A stretch of 63,652 nt of DNA, counting the filler, from Squatina squatina (taxonomy: Eukaryota), in assembly GCA_031763465.1 (NCBI GenBank). It is 4 parts of 4 records of this genome, joined end to end, with 100 filler letters (N's around TTAATTAATTAA, not from the genome) between each part and the next. Parts side by side here need not be neighbours in the genome. Positions count along the whole stretch, not along the records: positions 1 to 17,808 come from JARFOE010000233.1; positions 17,909 to 36,561 come from JARFOE010000080.1; 2 more parts are not named here. The stretch is one strand, 5' to 3'. Shown here piece after piece: positions 11,493-25,212 of this stretch. How positions within the stretch are numbered: position 1 is the stretch's first letter; each line of letters starts with the position of its first letter. The position numbers and the translations under genes are program-made. The notes below the pieces were generated by a model. That model made no database searches, was not told the origin of the DNA, and saw nothing but the letters and a program-made list of their open reading frames with translations.

Positions 11493-13034
11493 TGAGAAAA
11501 AATGAATAATTTCCTGCATCAGAACTGAATCTGACCTCATATTCTCTTCAACCCTCTCTCCCCACGGGCCAGCGATATAGATATAAGATTAAAGTGCTCC
11601 CTGAAACATTGTGTACATCACAACCCTCCGACAGATGCTCCATGTGAAATGTTCCAAATGAACTCATGAATTTGAACATTCTGACAGAGGCCACAGGTTA
11701 ATGTTAGCACACTCACTGACAGATTATGCCCGTGCAATTATGCAACTAAAGTGCTGAAAGTAATAAATAAAAGACACCCAAAGACGCTTGGCTCATATTC
11801 GGAAATAAATTAGCTCATCCCATGCGGAAATTTTAAATGAGTCACAGAACAACCTGCACTCATTAAAGTAGGACCAGAGACATTCATTGTGCAATAGAAT
11901 TCTCCCAATCCAAAAATAAATATTGACACATGTATAGAAGCTCGTTGACCAAAGTCACACACTGTCAATTCATTCCTGTAGTTAACACACACTCACTCNN
12001 NNNNNNNNNNNNNNNNNNNNNNNNNNNNNNNNNNNNNNNNNNNNNNNNNNNNNNNNNNNNNNNNNNNNNNNNNNNNNNNNNNNNNNNNNNNNNNNNNNNN
12101 NNNNNNNNNNNNNNNNNNNNNNNNNNNNNNNNNNNNNNNNNNNNNNNNNNNNNNNNNNNNNNNNNNNNNNNNNNNNNNNNNNNCTCACTAGGAAAGCCAA
12201 CTTCGCTCAGTCAGTCACTCACTCAACCACAATCTCTATCTCGCCTGCCCTGACTTAAATCTGTGTTTCTCTCTCCCTCCCTTGCCAGGCCACTAGATTT
12301 ATCTCACACAATTTATCCCGACTCAGTCCCCGAAGTGAATCATTCCTCTTTACCCATTCTGCAATGTCCCTGCAGAGAAGCCGGCACAATTAAAAACACG
12401 CGGTGTGCAGAAGCAGAAATGATTGATGTGTTCCCATTTACCGGCTGTAAACTGTAAATGGACGAAGCCTGACACGGTTACAAACGTGGGTCATACAGAG
12501 CCCGACGGAGAGAGAGTTAGGTAGAGAGAACATGAGAGTGAAAGAATCAGGGAAGAAAACAGAGACAAAATGTGATAGGGTAGGTGAGGCAGAGACAGAA
12601 GTGGAGAGAGAGATCTGGGGAGTGAAACCAAGAAAGCTAAGTAGGGGGAGGGGGAGAGAGATGTGGCCAGAAGTGGAGAGAGAGATCTGGGGACAGAGAC
12701 CGAGAGTGAGAGGTCGGGAGAGGGTAACAGCGACAGAGACTGAATATCTGTGACGTGTTCAGGTAACAATGGGATTATATAAGTGAACTGGCTCAGATAC
12801 TGTGTCAAATTTCATTTCATGCTTTCCTCCACCCACCTCCCTGAATCCATATTCTCATAACAATCTGCCACATAATCTGATTAACATAGTAGATAGGCTG
12901 TCCTTCAACGTAATGCTGTCTCTCTGATCATTTATTCATTAACTTGACTCTATCTTCCTGAGCTGTTTTTCCACTACTTGCTTTTTAAAACTCACGAATC
13001 TTCACCGAACTAGCTGTTCTCCGCTAACACTCAT

Positions 13035-14402
13035 TTACTAGCCCGTGCTGTAACAGCCTGTGAGTGGTTGATGGGACAGCGTATTCAAAGTTTCAAACTG
13101 TTTCTAACCCTGCGATTTAATTGCCCTGAATATGCTTGATGAGCAGTAAAGAGGGAGATTTACTCTTTACCAAACACATGCTGTACCAGTCCAGATTGTT
13201 TGATGGGACAATATAGACGGAGATTTACTCTGTCTATAACCAGTGCTGTAGCTGTCCAGTGGTCTTTGCTATGACATTGTAGAGGGAGATTTATTCTCTA
13301 ACAAACCCGTGCTGTCCCTTCCCTGTGAGCTTTAGATTGGAAGCTGCAGAGGTAAATTTACTTTTTCCTAAAATGTGCTGCACCTGCGCTGGGATTGTAA
13401 AACGGGACAGTGTGGAGGGAGATTTATTTGTACCACCCCGTAATAAACATGAGTGTGATCACTGTAACATTAAAGAGGCAGCTTTTCTCTATTCCTAAGC
13501 CATGCTGTAACGGCGCAGGGAGTGTTTGATGGGACAGTGTCGAGGGAAATTTTTTCTGTACCTAACCCGGACTGTTCCTGCTCTCTAAATGGCTGATTGT
13601 CCAGAGTAGAGGGAGATTCTTTTCTGTGACCAACTTGTGCTGTACCTGATCTGGGATTGTTTTACAGGATAGTTTGGAGGGAGACTTACTCTGAAGCTAA
13701 CTCCTGCTGTGCCAGCTCTTATTTGTTTCTGATGGGAGAGGGTTTTTGGAGCATACCTATATACATAACCCTGGCTGCACATGCCCTGCGAGTATTTGAT
13801 TGGACAATGTTGACCGATACTAACTCTGTACCAAACACTGGGCTTCAACTGTCCCTGCAGTTTCTGACCGGACATTTCAGAGAGAAATTTACTCTCTACT
13901 AAACCCGTGTTGTAACAGCCCTAGGAGTATTTGATTGGACATATTGGAGGAAGATTTACCATCTCATCACCCTGTACTGCATCAGATCTGTTTTTTTTTT
14001 AGATGTGACAATGCAGTGGAGGTTTACTCAGCCACGAACAACTGCTGAAACAACCTGTGAATGTTTCATGGGCCAGCTGACAGGAAACTTCAATCTGAAC
14101 CTAACCTTGTGTTTAACTGCCCTGGGAGCCTTTGATAGGATAGGTTGGAGGGAGTTTTACTCAGTATCCGTCTTCCTTTGCACCAGTCTGTGCGTGTTTG
14201 AAGGGACAGTGTCGTGGGAGCTTCAGTATATCCGGAACCCGAGCTGTACGTGTACTTCCAGTGTCTGATTGCAAGTGTAGACATAAATTTGCTCTGTACA
14301 TACCCCATGATGGATCAGCTCTGTGTGTTGGATGTTTCAGTGCAGAGGGAGATTTAATCTGTAGACTTCCCTTGCTGATCCAGCACTGTGAGTGTTTAAT
14401 GA
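13035..14402 (+). repeat. Second array of the ~67-bp satellite
   Basis: Repeated GTGTTTGATGGGACAGTGT..GAGGGAGATTTACTCTG units run into the gap. Confidence 0.85.
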
Positions 14403-15687
14403 NNNNNNNNNNNNNNNNNNNNNNNNNNNNNNNNNNNNNNNNNNNNNNNNNNNNNNNNNNNNNNNNNNNNNNNNNNNNNNNNNNNNNNNNNNNNNNNNNN
14501 NNNNNNNNNNNNNNNNNNNNNNNNNNNNNNNNNNNNNNNNNNNNNNNNNNNNNNNNNNNNNNNNNNNNNNNNNNNNNNNNNNNNNNNNNNNNNNNNNNNN
14601 NNNNNNNNNNNNNNNNNNNNNNNNNNNNNNNNNNNNNNNNNNNNNNNNNNNNNNNNNNNNNNNNNNNNNNNNNNNNNNNNNNNNNNNNNNNNNNNNNNNN
14701 NNNNNNNNNNNNNNNNNNNNNNNNNNNNNNNNNNNNNNNNNNNNNNNNNNNNNNNNNNNNNNNNNNNNNNNNNNNNNNNNNNNNNNNNNNNNNNNNNNNN
14801 NNNNNNNNNNNNNNNNNNNNNNNNNNNNNNNNNNNNNNNNNNNNNNNNNNNNNNNNNNNNNNNNNNNNNNNNNNNNNNNNNNNNNNNNNNNNNNNNNNNN
14901 NNNNNNNNNNNNNNNNNNNNNNNNNNNNNNNNNNNNNNNNNNNNNNNNNNNNNNNNNNNNNNNNNNNNNNNNNNNNNNNNNNNNNNNNNNNNNNNNNNNN
15001 NNNNNNNNNNNNNNNNNNNNNNNNNNNNNNNNNNNNNNNNNNNNNNNNNNNNNNNNNNNNNNNNNNNNNNNNNNNNNNNNNNNNNNNNNNNNNNNNNNNN
15101 NNNNNNNNNNNNNNNNNNNNNNNNNNNNNNNNNNNNNNNNNNNNNNNNNNNNNNNNNNNNNNNNNNNNNNNNNNNNNNNNNNNNNNNNNNNNNNNNNNNN
15201 NNNNNNNNNNNNNNNNNNNNNNNNNNNNNNNNNNNNNNNNNNNNNNNNNNNNNNNNNNNNNNNNNNNNNNNNNNNNNNNNNNNNNNNNNNNNNNNNNNNN
15301 NNNNNNNNNNNNNNNNNNNNNNNNNNNNNNNNNNNNNNNNNNNNNNNNNNNNNNNNNAAAAAAACACCTATTCAGAATCCACAGACCCCTGTAGTGTGGG
15401 GGAAAAAACAAAACTAGTTTTGTCACATTATTAGGGCAATTGAGGAGCATCTCAGAAGAGCATTTGAACTTACTGAAGTGCATTATGCATTGGTTTGGTT
15501 GGTACACTATAAATCATGATCCTACAAAGCTCTGCCATAATGTCCAGCCATGCTGAGACAAGCACTAACACAGCTCTTGACCAATAAGGTAATACATTAA
15601 AAGTTGTTTTTAAAAAAACCCACCCACCAGTCTGTTTCCATCTGTAGCATTTTCACCAGGATCACTTACTGAATTCGATGTACTTAC

Positions 15688-15873
15688 AAGGTTAAGATAG
15701 CTGGCTGGAGCACAATTAGATGCAAACTACAGCCGAATGTGTCATAAAAGAGAGCACGCATGAGATGTGGTCTCTTTTCATTGTACTTTCTGATGGGCCA
15801 GAAGGGACTGTTCAGTAAAGAGAATCCTGCTTTGTAAAGGCGATGCTCGTAAAGTTCACGGGCAGAGTGCAGC
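15688..15873 (-). CDS. Possible internal coding exon, gene unidentified
   Basis: 186 bp, pyrimidine-rich TAG acceptor, GTAAGT donor, phase 2/2. Open frame LHSARELYEHRLYKAGFSLLNSPFWPIRKYNEKRPHLMRALFYDTFGCSLHLIVLQPAILT. Confidence 0.3.
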
Positions 15874-16204
15874 CTAAGGCAGACACAGGAAGAAGTTCAA
15901 GATCGTAGCTATCGTTACCCTTTTGTGGGGACACGTACAGAATTCTATTTTTGAACCATGACAACCAAGTTTCCAGCCTTCAACTCTGCAAATGAAAGTG
16001 TCCAGGATCTTCCGCACCCAATCCTTAGCGTTATTTTCACACGTTCGGAGTCGGTTAAATGTATCAAAAACCTCAAATGTCACAAGAAAATGAAAACTCA
16101 CNNNNNNNNNNNNNNNNNNNNNNNNNNNNNNNNNNNNNNNNNNNNNNNNNNNNNNNNNNNNNNNNNNNNNNNNNNNNNNNNNNNNNNNNNNNNNNNNNNN
16201 NGAA

Positions 16205-16582
16205 AAATCAGCAGCCTGTGTCCTAACTTGCACCGAGCTCGCTGACCTACATTGGCTCCGGATTGAGCAACGAATGAGATTTTAAAATTCTCATTCTTGT
16301 TCACAAATCGTTCCATGGCCTCTCCCCTCTTTATCTCTGTGATCTCCTCCAGCCCCACAACCGTCCCAGATATCTGTGTCCTCCAATTCTGCCTTCTTGA
16401 CCATCCCTGATTTGAATGGCCGAGGCCCTATGCTAAGTCCCTCCGCCTCTCTTTTCTCTTTTAATTCGCTCGGTAAAACCTGCCCATTTGCCTTAATATC
16501 TATGTGGCTTGGTGTCAAATTGTCTTAATACTCCTGTGAATTGCCATGGGACATTAGTGCTATATAAAAATACAAGTTGTAG
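16205..16582 (+). mobile_element. L2 LINE 3' end
   Basis: Decayed LHWL..FKILILVHKSFHGLSPLYL motif, ending in GCTATATAAAAATACAAGTTGT. Confidence 0.75.
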
Positions 16583-17808
16583 TAAATCTATTGCTTTCTG
16601 GATGTCACTACACACTAACTGCTCCTTACAAAGTGATGCTTCCTACTCTTGATACCACTGAACACACCCACGTGACATTTGTGGCCACCCAATGATGGTG
16701 ATAAGCTAAACCACAAGAGTTACAATAAAGCTAGCTGGAAATGGGGAAACAGCAATACTTCAACAGAAGAATNNNNNNNNNNTTTCCAACTCAATATATT
16801 GACAACACTCCCTTCGAATGCTAGAAGTCTAAAATTAGAGGGGAAGTGCAGAAAACAGTAGCTGGAAGAGAAACAGGTACAGTTCCAAGGCTCATCAATG
16901 TACAGCAGCTTATTCAGAAGGTGAGGTCAGAAGAAATAAGTGTGGCAATAAAGCTATTCTGTACATATTTATTTACATCCAATTTTGCATAAATGCTGAC
17001 TAGCATGATTATATGCATTACATAAATATAAATACTTCTGTACAAATTACATACTCAAGATTAAAAATTAAANNNNNNNNNNNNNNNNNNNNNNNNNNNN
17101 NNNNNNNNNNNNNNNNNNNNNNNNNNNNNNNNNNNNNNNNNNNNNNNNNNNNNNNNNNNNNNNNNNNNNNNNTATAAAGGAGCTGGAGTGCAATATTTTA
17201 TCTTTGCTATTGTTTTTCCTTTTGTCATTGTTCTATCACTTTCATTTGAGAACTGTACACTGTTCATGAATAATAATGTAGTTCCTTACATTTCAACAGT
17301 GACTTCACTTCAAAAGTACTTCATTGGTTATGATGTCCTGAGGTTGTAAAAGGCTTTGTAAATGTTCGTTTGTTGTTCTTTCCTTTTTTTCAAGATAAGA
17401 AAGGGATGTAGCCTTTGAAGTATTCCTGAATGAATGTGCAGAGTTATTGCAAGAATGAACAGTAATCAAGATCACAGCTTGGATAAAATTGTTAAGGTTC
17501 TGATCATGTTACATGTCTAAGTTGTACTGGATTAAAAATGCAAATACTTAGTACATCACAGAAATCTTCCAATAAACAGATTTAAAAAGTACAATAGCTT
17601 CAGTTAAGTATATTGCCATTTCTACAGTCAACATTTACACTGCTGAGGATGTGCAGTCCATGCAATAAGCCAATGCTACACTCCTACCATTGTACAATAT
17701 ATAGCCCAGTTATAATGCACTGTGGTATGTCAAAGGTGGGATTGGGTGAAGATGGTGAGTATGGTACCAGCAGAAATAGACTGCCTACCTCACCCATTGT
17801 GGCAGAGG

Positions 17809-17908
17809 NNNNNNNNNNNNNNNNNNNNNNNNNNNNNNNNNNNNNNNNNNNNTTAATTAATTAANNNNNNNNNNNNNNNNNNNNNNNNNNNNNNNNNNNN
17901 NNNNNNNN
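17809..17908. other. Artificial scaffold linker N44-TTAATTAATTAA-N44
   Basis: Exactly 100 bp with a six-frame stop core at 17853-17864; the identical structure occurs three times. Confidence 0.97.
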
Positions 17909-18027
17909 GTCCCAATATTGAACTCTTCAATCTGCTGCTTAATGAATTCTTCAGTATACTTCACATGGAATGTAGCAGCCATACTCTTCCTCGGCAAAGG
18001 GGAGCTGGTGCAGATTAATCTCATTAT
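17909..18027 (-). CDS. MRPS9: Mitochondrial ribosomal protein S9, internal exon (exon-2 equivalent; truncated by scaffold end)
   Basis: TTTTTTTCCCATTCCAG acceptor. [39 protein letters not shown] matches the MRPS9 segment [20 protein letters not shown]. Confidence 0.9.
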
Positions 18028-18930
18028 CTGGAATGGGAAAAAAAGCATTATCTGATCACTTACTGATCTAGAGTGGTACATTGCCTTTGCTTAGCAACTG
18101 ATTCAGATTTCCATCTAGAAGCACTTCTCCTACCCAACTCTTGCTTTCCTTTCACGATGCATTGGTAAATTGCGAGGGTTCCACATAAAATAAGCTTGCA
18201 CATTCTCAACCCAAAACTAGCACACAAAAGTTTCCACAATTCAGTAAAAAACAAAAATCTGGCCTTGAAGCCCAAGGATGATGGATGTGGGAACTGGAGA
18301 TTTCACATTAAAGTAACAGGGTATGCTCTTCTGGGTCTGAGGAAACACCGATGAGTCAACAGAGAGATCTTTACTTTGTAGGTGGTCATGTTTGATAACA
18401 GTAGGTGACAAAGTGCAAAATAAATGTTTTATTACCTCCACTGATCTTCCTTTTTTTGATGAGCATAAAAATTCACCAATAATAAAAACACCATTAAGGT
18501 GCACTGGCAAAGTTGGGATACACATCTTGTACACTTTCAAAATATGGAAATGTCACCAGTTTAAAAAATGCTTAAGGCTTATGAGATCACGACAAGAGTA
18601 CAAAAATTGATTAAAGGAAAACACTATCTGATAGGATGGAGACTTTTTGGATGCAGACAGTGCCATCTACCAGCACCTCATGCCAAATCTCCAGTATTCT
18701 TTGGAACAAAAGACTCTTACTCATTCTCTCAATAAATACTGCATGCACACCATACAGTTTATTGCTGAGCAACTCCCATAGGCTAATGTTAGTGCTATGT
18801 ACCAAGTTTTCACAGATTACTGCAATTTATGCATTTCAAACAGTATTTAAATCTTAATTTATAATGAGGATTTTCCTTTTTGTGAATATATTTCAAATAG
18901 AAGAGGTGTATAGGGAATTGTTTTTCTGTT

Positions 18931-19225
18931 GGGTATCCAGCCATGGCGCACTGGTAACACTCTTGCCTCTGACTCGGCAGGTTGTGGGTTCAAGCCACAC
19001 TCCAGGCTGAGAATTCAATGCAATATTAAGGGCGTGCAGCACTGTTGGGAAGTGGCGTCTTTCAGAGACGTTAAACCAAGGTCCTGTCTGCCCTCTCAAG
19101 TGCACAGAAAAGATTCCATGGCACTATTAAAAGAATAGTAGGGGAGGTCTCCCAGTGTCCTGGCCAATATTTATCCCTCAACCAACATCACTAAAACAGA
19201 TCAACTGGTCAGTAGGACCTTGCTG
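18931..19225 (+). mobile_element. SacSINE1/DeuSINE-like tRNA-derived SINE (head and body)
   Basis: tRNA-like head with B-box GGTTCAAGCC, then GTCCTGGCCAATATTTATCCCTCAACCAACATCACTAAAACAGAT. Tail fragments at about 17280-17380, 19845-19910 and 51630-51702 (-). Confidence 0.8.
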
Positions 19226-19389
19226 TGACTATAAACACACACATTGCCTCTCTCACCAAGACTGTTCTTCATGCAACTTCAGCGAGGAGAATCCCTCACA
19301 AGCCAAACATCCCCAGAACAATGGCTTTACTTTGGTCCTTACAGCAGTGGCACAAAGTATGGGGGTGATTGGGATTGTAGGAGTTAGGA

Positions 19390-19744
19390 GGTAGGTAGGG
19401 AAAGGGTCATGAATGGATTTAAACACAAGGATAAGAATTTTTGATTGGAGGGCTTGGGAGACAGGAGCCAAAGTGGTTCAGCGAGGACAGAATTGATGGA
19501 TAAGTGTGACTTGGTGCAGGTCAGGATTATGGAAAGTAGAATTTTGGATCAGCTGAAGCTTACAGAGAGTGGTGGATAGGAGGCCAGCCAGAAGAGCATT
19601 GGAATAATCAAGTCTGGACGTGACAAACATGTATGAGGGTTTCATAGAAAATAGGAGCAGGAGTAGGCCATTTGGCCCTTCAGGCCTGCTCCACCATTCA
19701 ATATGATCATGGTTGATTGTCTAGTTCAGTACCCTGTTCCTGCT
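19390..19744 (-). mobile_element. L2 fragment followed by a CR1 3' end
   Basis: Minus translation QALQSKILILVFKSIH (L2). AATAGGAGCAGGAGTAGGCCATTTGGCCCTTC is the reverse complement of the CR1 tail. Confidence 0.7.
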
Positions 19745-21854
19745 NNNNNNNNNNNNNNNNNNNNNNNNNNNNNNNNNNNNNNNNNNNNNNNNNNNNNNNN
19801 NNNNNNNNNNNNNNNNNNNNNNNNNNNNNNNNNNNNNNNNNNNNTATAAAGCATCTTGGGATGTACTGAGGTTGTGAAAAGCACTGTATAAATGCAAGTT
19901 GTTTTCTTTACCTCAACCCCATTTACCCACAGTGTGTGTCTATGGTTGGGCAATGCAAATGAATGATGTAAAATGCAAAAAGTAGCTTGCTCCAAAGGCT
20001 GCAGTCATTAATATTAGGGAAGTATCACAGAAGGAGTCCATTTGGGCCATCATGTCAATGCCGTTGCTGGTGCTATTCAATTGGAGCTACCTAATCCAAT
20101 TTCCCTCATATTTTTCCTCATATTAAATGAAATGTTTACAATTACCAGATAGATTGGAAACACATTAAAATGTATTGAGCTGTGTTTTTTTAAGACTGAT
20201 TTATACATTAAAATTGAAACTATTGTTCTCATTCGTCTTCTCTCCTGAAGCCATTAATTCCATGCTAGGGTACAGATTTACAGGTATCGGCCACCCTTTG
20301 TGACCTCACCCAGTAGCTTTTATTCAAGTTTGAATCTAGGCTGCTTCACTGTGGAGGATGTCAGAGCCAACACTGATGCTGTCCTTTTCAACATCTCCAT
20401 ATGTGCAATTCAGCAGGGGTTACTGGATGGAGATAAGGAATTGTGTAAAATTTCCCCCCCCCCAGCACAGGAGGCATGGGGCAAATTGTAGCATCCTACC
20501 ACCCCCAAAACTGAAATCAGCTAGCTCAGTACATGTCAGGCATGGAACCTGTTCCCTTCTTAGTCTGTACGGCTCAGTTACTCACTGCACCCCCCACACC
20601 CTCACACCCATACACTCACACATATATAGTCACTCAACATTATATAAATCTTACATGTGCAGTTGCAAACTGTATACTTGAGGATTCCACTTGTATTGAG
20701 TGGTCACCCATCCAGTTTTCAGATGGACTACCAGCTGATCAACTTTTTAATACTAGTCATTAAAGAGGTAATTTTACCAATCTGCTCTGATGGGGAGGAG
20801 GGGGAGCCTTACCCACTAGCAGCACATATCTAAATGTACAGGCACAATGCCNNNNNNNNNNAAGTAATGTGTGTCCGTATGTGATGTCAGCTGGACTCTT
20901 AAAATTGTCGCTAAATGTCTGGTTTTCCAGTAAAAGGGCAAGGACAAAAATTGCTCTGCAGATGCACAAAGTGAAAGAATTTAAGTAGTTTAAATTTGTG
21001 TTTTTGTGGCAAGCATCACAGTGACAACACTCATCAGCGCTATTTTCTGATGTCCTGAAAGAGGGATCTGATTGACAGGTAAGGTATTTAAATATTCTCT
21101 ATGGACACGTTAACAGGTTGGCCTGTGGCTCTGTGCCCAGAGCTTCATCCTGCCCAGTTTTGAACTGAGCAGAAGGTGACAGCTGTTTCCTTCCTCTGTC
21201 TCCATCTTCTGTATTTCTGTTTCTTTCTTCACAGCCCATCTGGCTGTGAGATTTGCAAGTGTTTCTTCCTGCTTTCTCATTCTCTTATTGTCTCTCGAGT
21301 TATCCACTAAAGGCAACAGAGTTATTAGAAAGTACCCGATAATGCATGTGTGCAGACAGACATTTGCTTCCTTCTGTAGTCAACGTTCACTGCGTGGATT
21401 CGATATTGGAGAGCAGCCATTCGGGCAAAGTAATGGAGGTTAATCATGAAACAAAACCTCAGCATCTACCAGCCTCTGGAACAGGAGGTGAGGAAATTGG
21501 GAGTGAAATTAAAGCAGCTCTTTCCCTTAACTCTGGTGAACATGATCTGTAATCCAACAAAGCCCACAGGTCAACCATAAGACAATGGGGCCATTAGCCA
21601 TATGAAGTAGCTAGAAACTGAGCTAAACTGGTGCAAACTGCTTCTATATGTGTTTAATGCCAGAACAAGTGGGCATAACCTTAAAATTAGAGCTNNNNNN
21701 NNNNNNNNNNNNNNNNNNNNNNNNNNNNNNNNNNNNNNNNNNNNNNNNNNNNNNNNNNNNNNNNNNNNNNNNNNNNNNNNNNNNNNNNNNNNNNGAAGGT
21801 GTGGAGTGCGCTGGCTGACGCAGAGCGGCTGGTTTCACGATGACTCAGGGACCG

Positions 21855-21950
21855 AGGGAGAGAGTGCGCAGGTTCTCGGACATGGCACTGAAGGTCCTGG
21901 TGGAGGAGGTCTGGGAGATGGAATGTCCTGTACCCGCAGTGGGGAAGGAT
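21855..21950 (+). mobile_element. Harbinger Myb/SANT-like DNA-binding ORF remnant
   Basis: RERVRRFSDMALKVLVEEV, then a frameshift, then RWNVLYPQ. This is the N-terminus of the NAIF1-like Myb domain. Confidence 0.7.
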
Positions 21951-24900
21951 CCATCTCACCCTCCTGGTCTACCTCTCCTCCAGCAATGGTGCTGTTCTGC
22001 CTGACCTAATGTCCTCCTGCAGACCTAGCAAGATGTCCATAACCAAACACGTCCTTTCTTTTGGTGATTCCTGTAAGGTGTCCAATAAGGTAGAGTAGCA
22101 CAGCAGTCAATTCATATGACAATCAGCCCCTTAATGATCCTCCAGGCAGCTGTTCCTAGTGCACGCTTCAACTCCTTTACCAAGATGGTGTCTTGCACTA
22201 AACGTGGGCTAAATCGGTGTTTCAGCTCAAGACCCTGTTCTGGAGACCTTGGAGGCCCTTTAGTACCTAAAGGAATTGGTGAAAATCGTCTCCATTACAT
22301 ACTGATCTGTGTTTTGTATATGGAATTTGAAAAAAAAAATTATCATTAGGATTGTTATCATTGTTGTGCTTATTACTTTCAAGTAACTAGATATTAGATT
22401 TTCAAATAAGGAATAAAAATAATAAAACCAGCAATAAAATATTATAAACTAAGGTAATATTTTATGGTATATGAGTTGATTTTGGTTTTAGTGGCTTTGT
22501 AAGTGATTCATTTTCACAGAAAAACTGACAGTAGTGCTACATTCCGGCATACAGAGATATATATTATGTAACTCTCTTCATCACAAGTTTGTGGGAGATA
22601 TTGAATGTGGTGTGGGGGAGGGGGTTTGTACTGAATTCCATCATATGATCAGTTTGTCTTCTTACACTCGACTCTTTCTGCAGGTGCATAGCAGAAGCCT
22701 AAGGCCATAAATCTATCTGTGTTCTCCTGTTTTCCCTTAAACTGCCTGCAGAGCTTTTGTAGTCCAGATGGCTCTAATTTGAGGTCCAAGTACAATGCAT
22801 TTGGTGTATTGAGTTTCTACCCTGAAACCAACAGCATTTGCTCTTGCATTTGCTTGGATTAAAAAGTTTCTCTCTGTTTTAGGCATAACAGGGAGTCCTG
22901 TAGCAACTGAAGGAAGGAAATCATTACAAAGTTACACAGGACAAGGCTATGTGCTACAGCTGCTCATCGTTTAAGAGGCAGAAATATGGGGCCTCAAACA
23001 TGAAACAAGATTCTTTACAAATGCTTGAGAGTGATCCTAGAAAAAACATCCTTAGAGGCTCGTTAATAAACATTATGTGTAATCGTCTCAATGTGTGCAC
23101 ATTTTTCCTGAGGTGCTTTCACTAACTTCCCTTAGCTAACAAGGTCCCAATATAGAACATTAAATAATTTAATATAGAGTTTTAACAATTTGTGTTACAA
23201 CTACTATGATCAATTAGTAGCTGTCATTTTTATAAACAATGAAGATATATTGCTCTCATGTTTAGCATTAGATCATTACTTTCAACATTACAAATGACTG
23301 CTTTGTCATGTTTTCAAGTCCATTTACATATATAGACAGGAACTACCATTCAAACAAATGCCTTCTGTCATTAGTATAAACTGGCAGAAGTTGCAGAATA
23401 AAGTAGCTACTTTGCTTTTGCAGATATGGATGCCATCTTAAGAACCTTGAATAAAATGTCTTTATTAATACAGTCCATATAATGTGGAGAAAAATAATAA
23501 TGCCATGTAAGCTTTCAGTATGTTAAGGACATGTATTTTTGATGATTTGCATTTAAAATTAGTAAACAAAAAACAAAGGTTGTGTTTTAACTTACATCAG
23601 TTTTTTTGAGTTTACTTAAACATTGTAAATGATGTCATATACAAGGAGTAACATTATAAATTTACAGTAATTATGTCACAGCAGTTACTCCTTTGGTTAT
23701 GGCATCATCATTCATCAATCCCATATCTTTGTTGTCAACATCCAGTGCTGACAAAATAATAGATTTATAACTGAAATATAAGTTGAATTTCACAGTATGC
23801 AATGTGAAAATAATAGATGCATAGTAATATCTTTAAAACCGTAATCATATTTTAGTCTACAAACGGCTGTTTTTTTACGACTTTTATTTAAGATTTTCAA
23901 ATGAAAGACAGTGAAAATAAGTAAAGATAACATACACTGACCCAACAATCCATCATAATTAGTAGTTGACAGTGATCAAAAGAACAAGCATAAGTGTAAG
24001 GAACCAGTGTCAAACATTTTCCCTGGCTGTAGTCTGTCCTCTTCAGAGGTTTAAGTATTCAGCACAGACAATGAAAACTGAACATTGCATGACAGAGGTG
24101 GAAATATAATTGACTGATGCTAATTATAGCATTATGAAAGGAGTAATGGGGAATAGGAGGAGAAATGTTGGTGTAAATGTATCCATATAGTGCTAGTAGA
24201 ACTATACCAAATATGGTTGCAAGTGTTACAGCCAAGGCCCACAGTTTCAGTGCCTGGGAAAAGACAATAGTTGAAACTATTGTTCCAGTGGAAAGGGCAG
24301 GATCAATAGAATTAACCCTGGTTGGATAGTTACAGCACTCGGGGTCACTACTGCAGTGAGGAGAAGATATAGATAAAGGTACTTTAAAGTTTAGTCTGAC
24401 CCATCACCTCAGAGCTGACATTTTTGAACTCATGTTGCCTTGCTCTCCCAGCTTAACACATCTGCTAAACAATTCATTTAAACTGAGATTATTTTTTGTT
24501 GTCCTCACACAATGCGATACTACATTTATTGAAAATTATTTTGAGGAGGATCATGTATAAAAGAACTATAAATGACTAATGAAGCTGCTAAAAACAAAAA
24601 CTGTAGCTTTTAAGAAACCTATGTTTTGCATTTAAAATAAATGACCTCTAAATCAAAATTTTTTAAAAGTCTGTCAATTTTTGTTTCCTAAGTTGTGAAT
24701 ATGATTTCAAATAAAAACATTTTCATTTTTTCTTTTCCCAGAGTTCACATGATCTTAAAGCAGAATTCAGCGTCACTAGAAAGCCAATTAACAATGAATT
24801 GTTGCTTCCTTGTTTAACAGGAGTTACTACCATTGAAAATAACTAGTGAGGTCAGCTTTGATTTTCTATTAAGAAAAATAAGACTTTTTTGTTCATGTAC

Positions 24901-25140
24901 TTTCTAAGATACCCCATTATATATTTTTTTCTGTCTCTCTTCCTCCTCCCCCTGCCGCCCCCCCCCCCCCCCCCCCCCCCAACCTACCGTGTGGGTGGAT
25001 CCTCCTGTTCCCCCTTCCCATGTGGGCGAGTGCCCATGTCGTACACTGGGTGAGTGTGCCAGTATTGGTGTAGTGTGTGACGGCTGAGCTCCGCGCTGGG
25101 TTAGCATGTTACTAATGTCCCTATGTTGGCTCTGTTGCAG

Positions 25141-25212
25141 AGAAACTATTTGATGCGATTGAAAGAAGTGAGGACGGCACTGGAGGGCTCGGAGTTCTTT
25201 AACACACACGAG
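25141..25212 (+). CDS. Inositol-trisphosphate 3-kinase (ITPKA/B/C family) penultimate coding exon, isolated
   Basis: TTGCAG acceptor, GAG|GTAAGG donor, 72 bp, phase 0. RNYLMRLKEVRTALEGSEFFNTHE aligns with ITPKA RRYLNRLQQIRDTLEVSEFFRRHE|VIGSSLLF. The paralogue cannot be determined. Confidence 0.85.

Noticed and set aside
17853-17864. TTAATTAATTAA palindrome as a biological site (also 36606 and 50325)
   Set aside because: It is always centred in exactly 44+44 N, so it is a synthetic six-frame-stop linker.
18931-19005. tRNA gene
   Set aside because: It is only the decayed tRNA-derived head of a SINE, with no intact cloverleaf.
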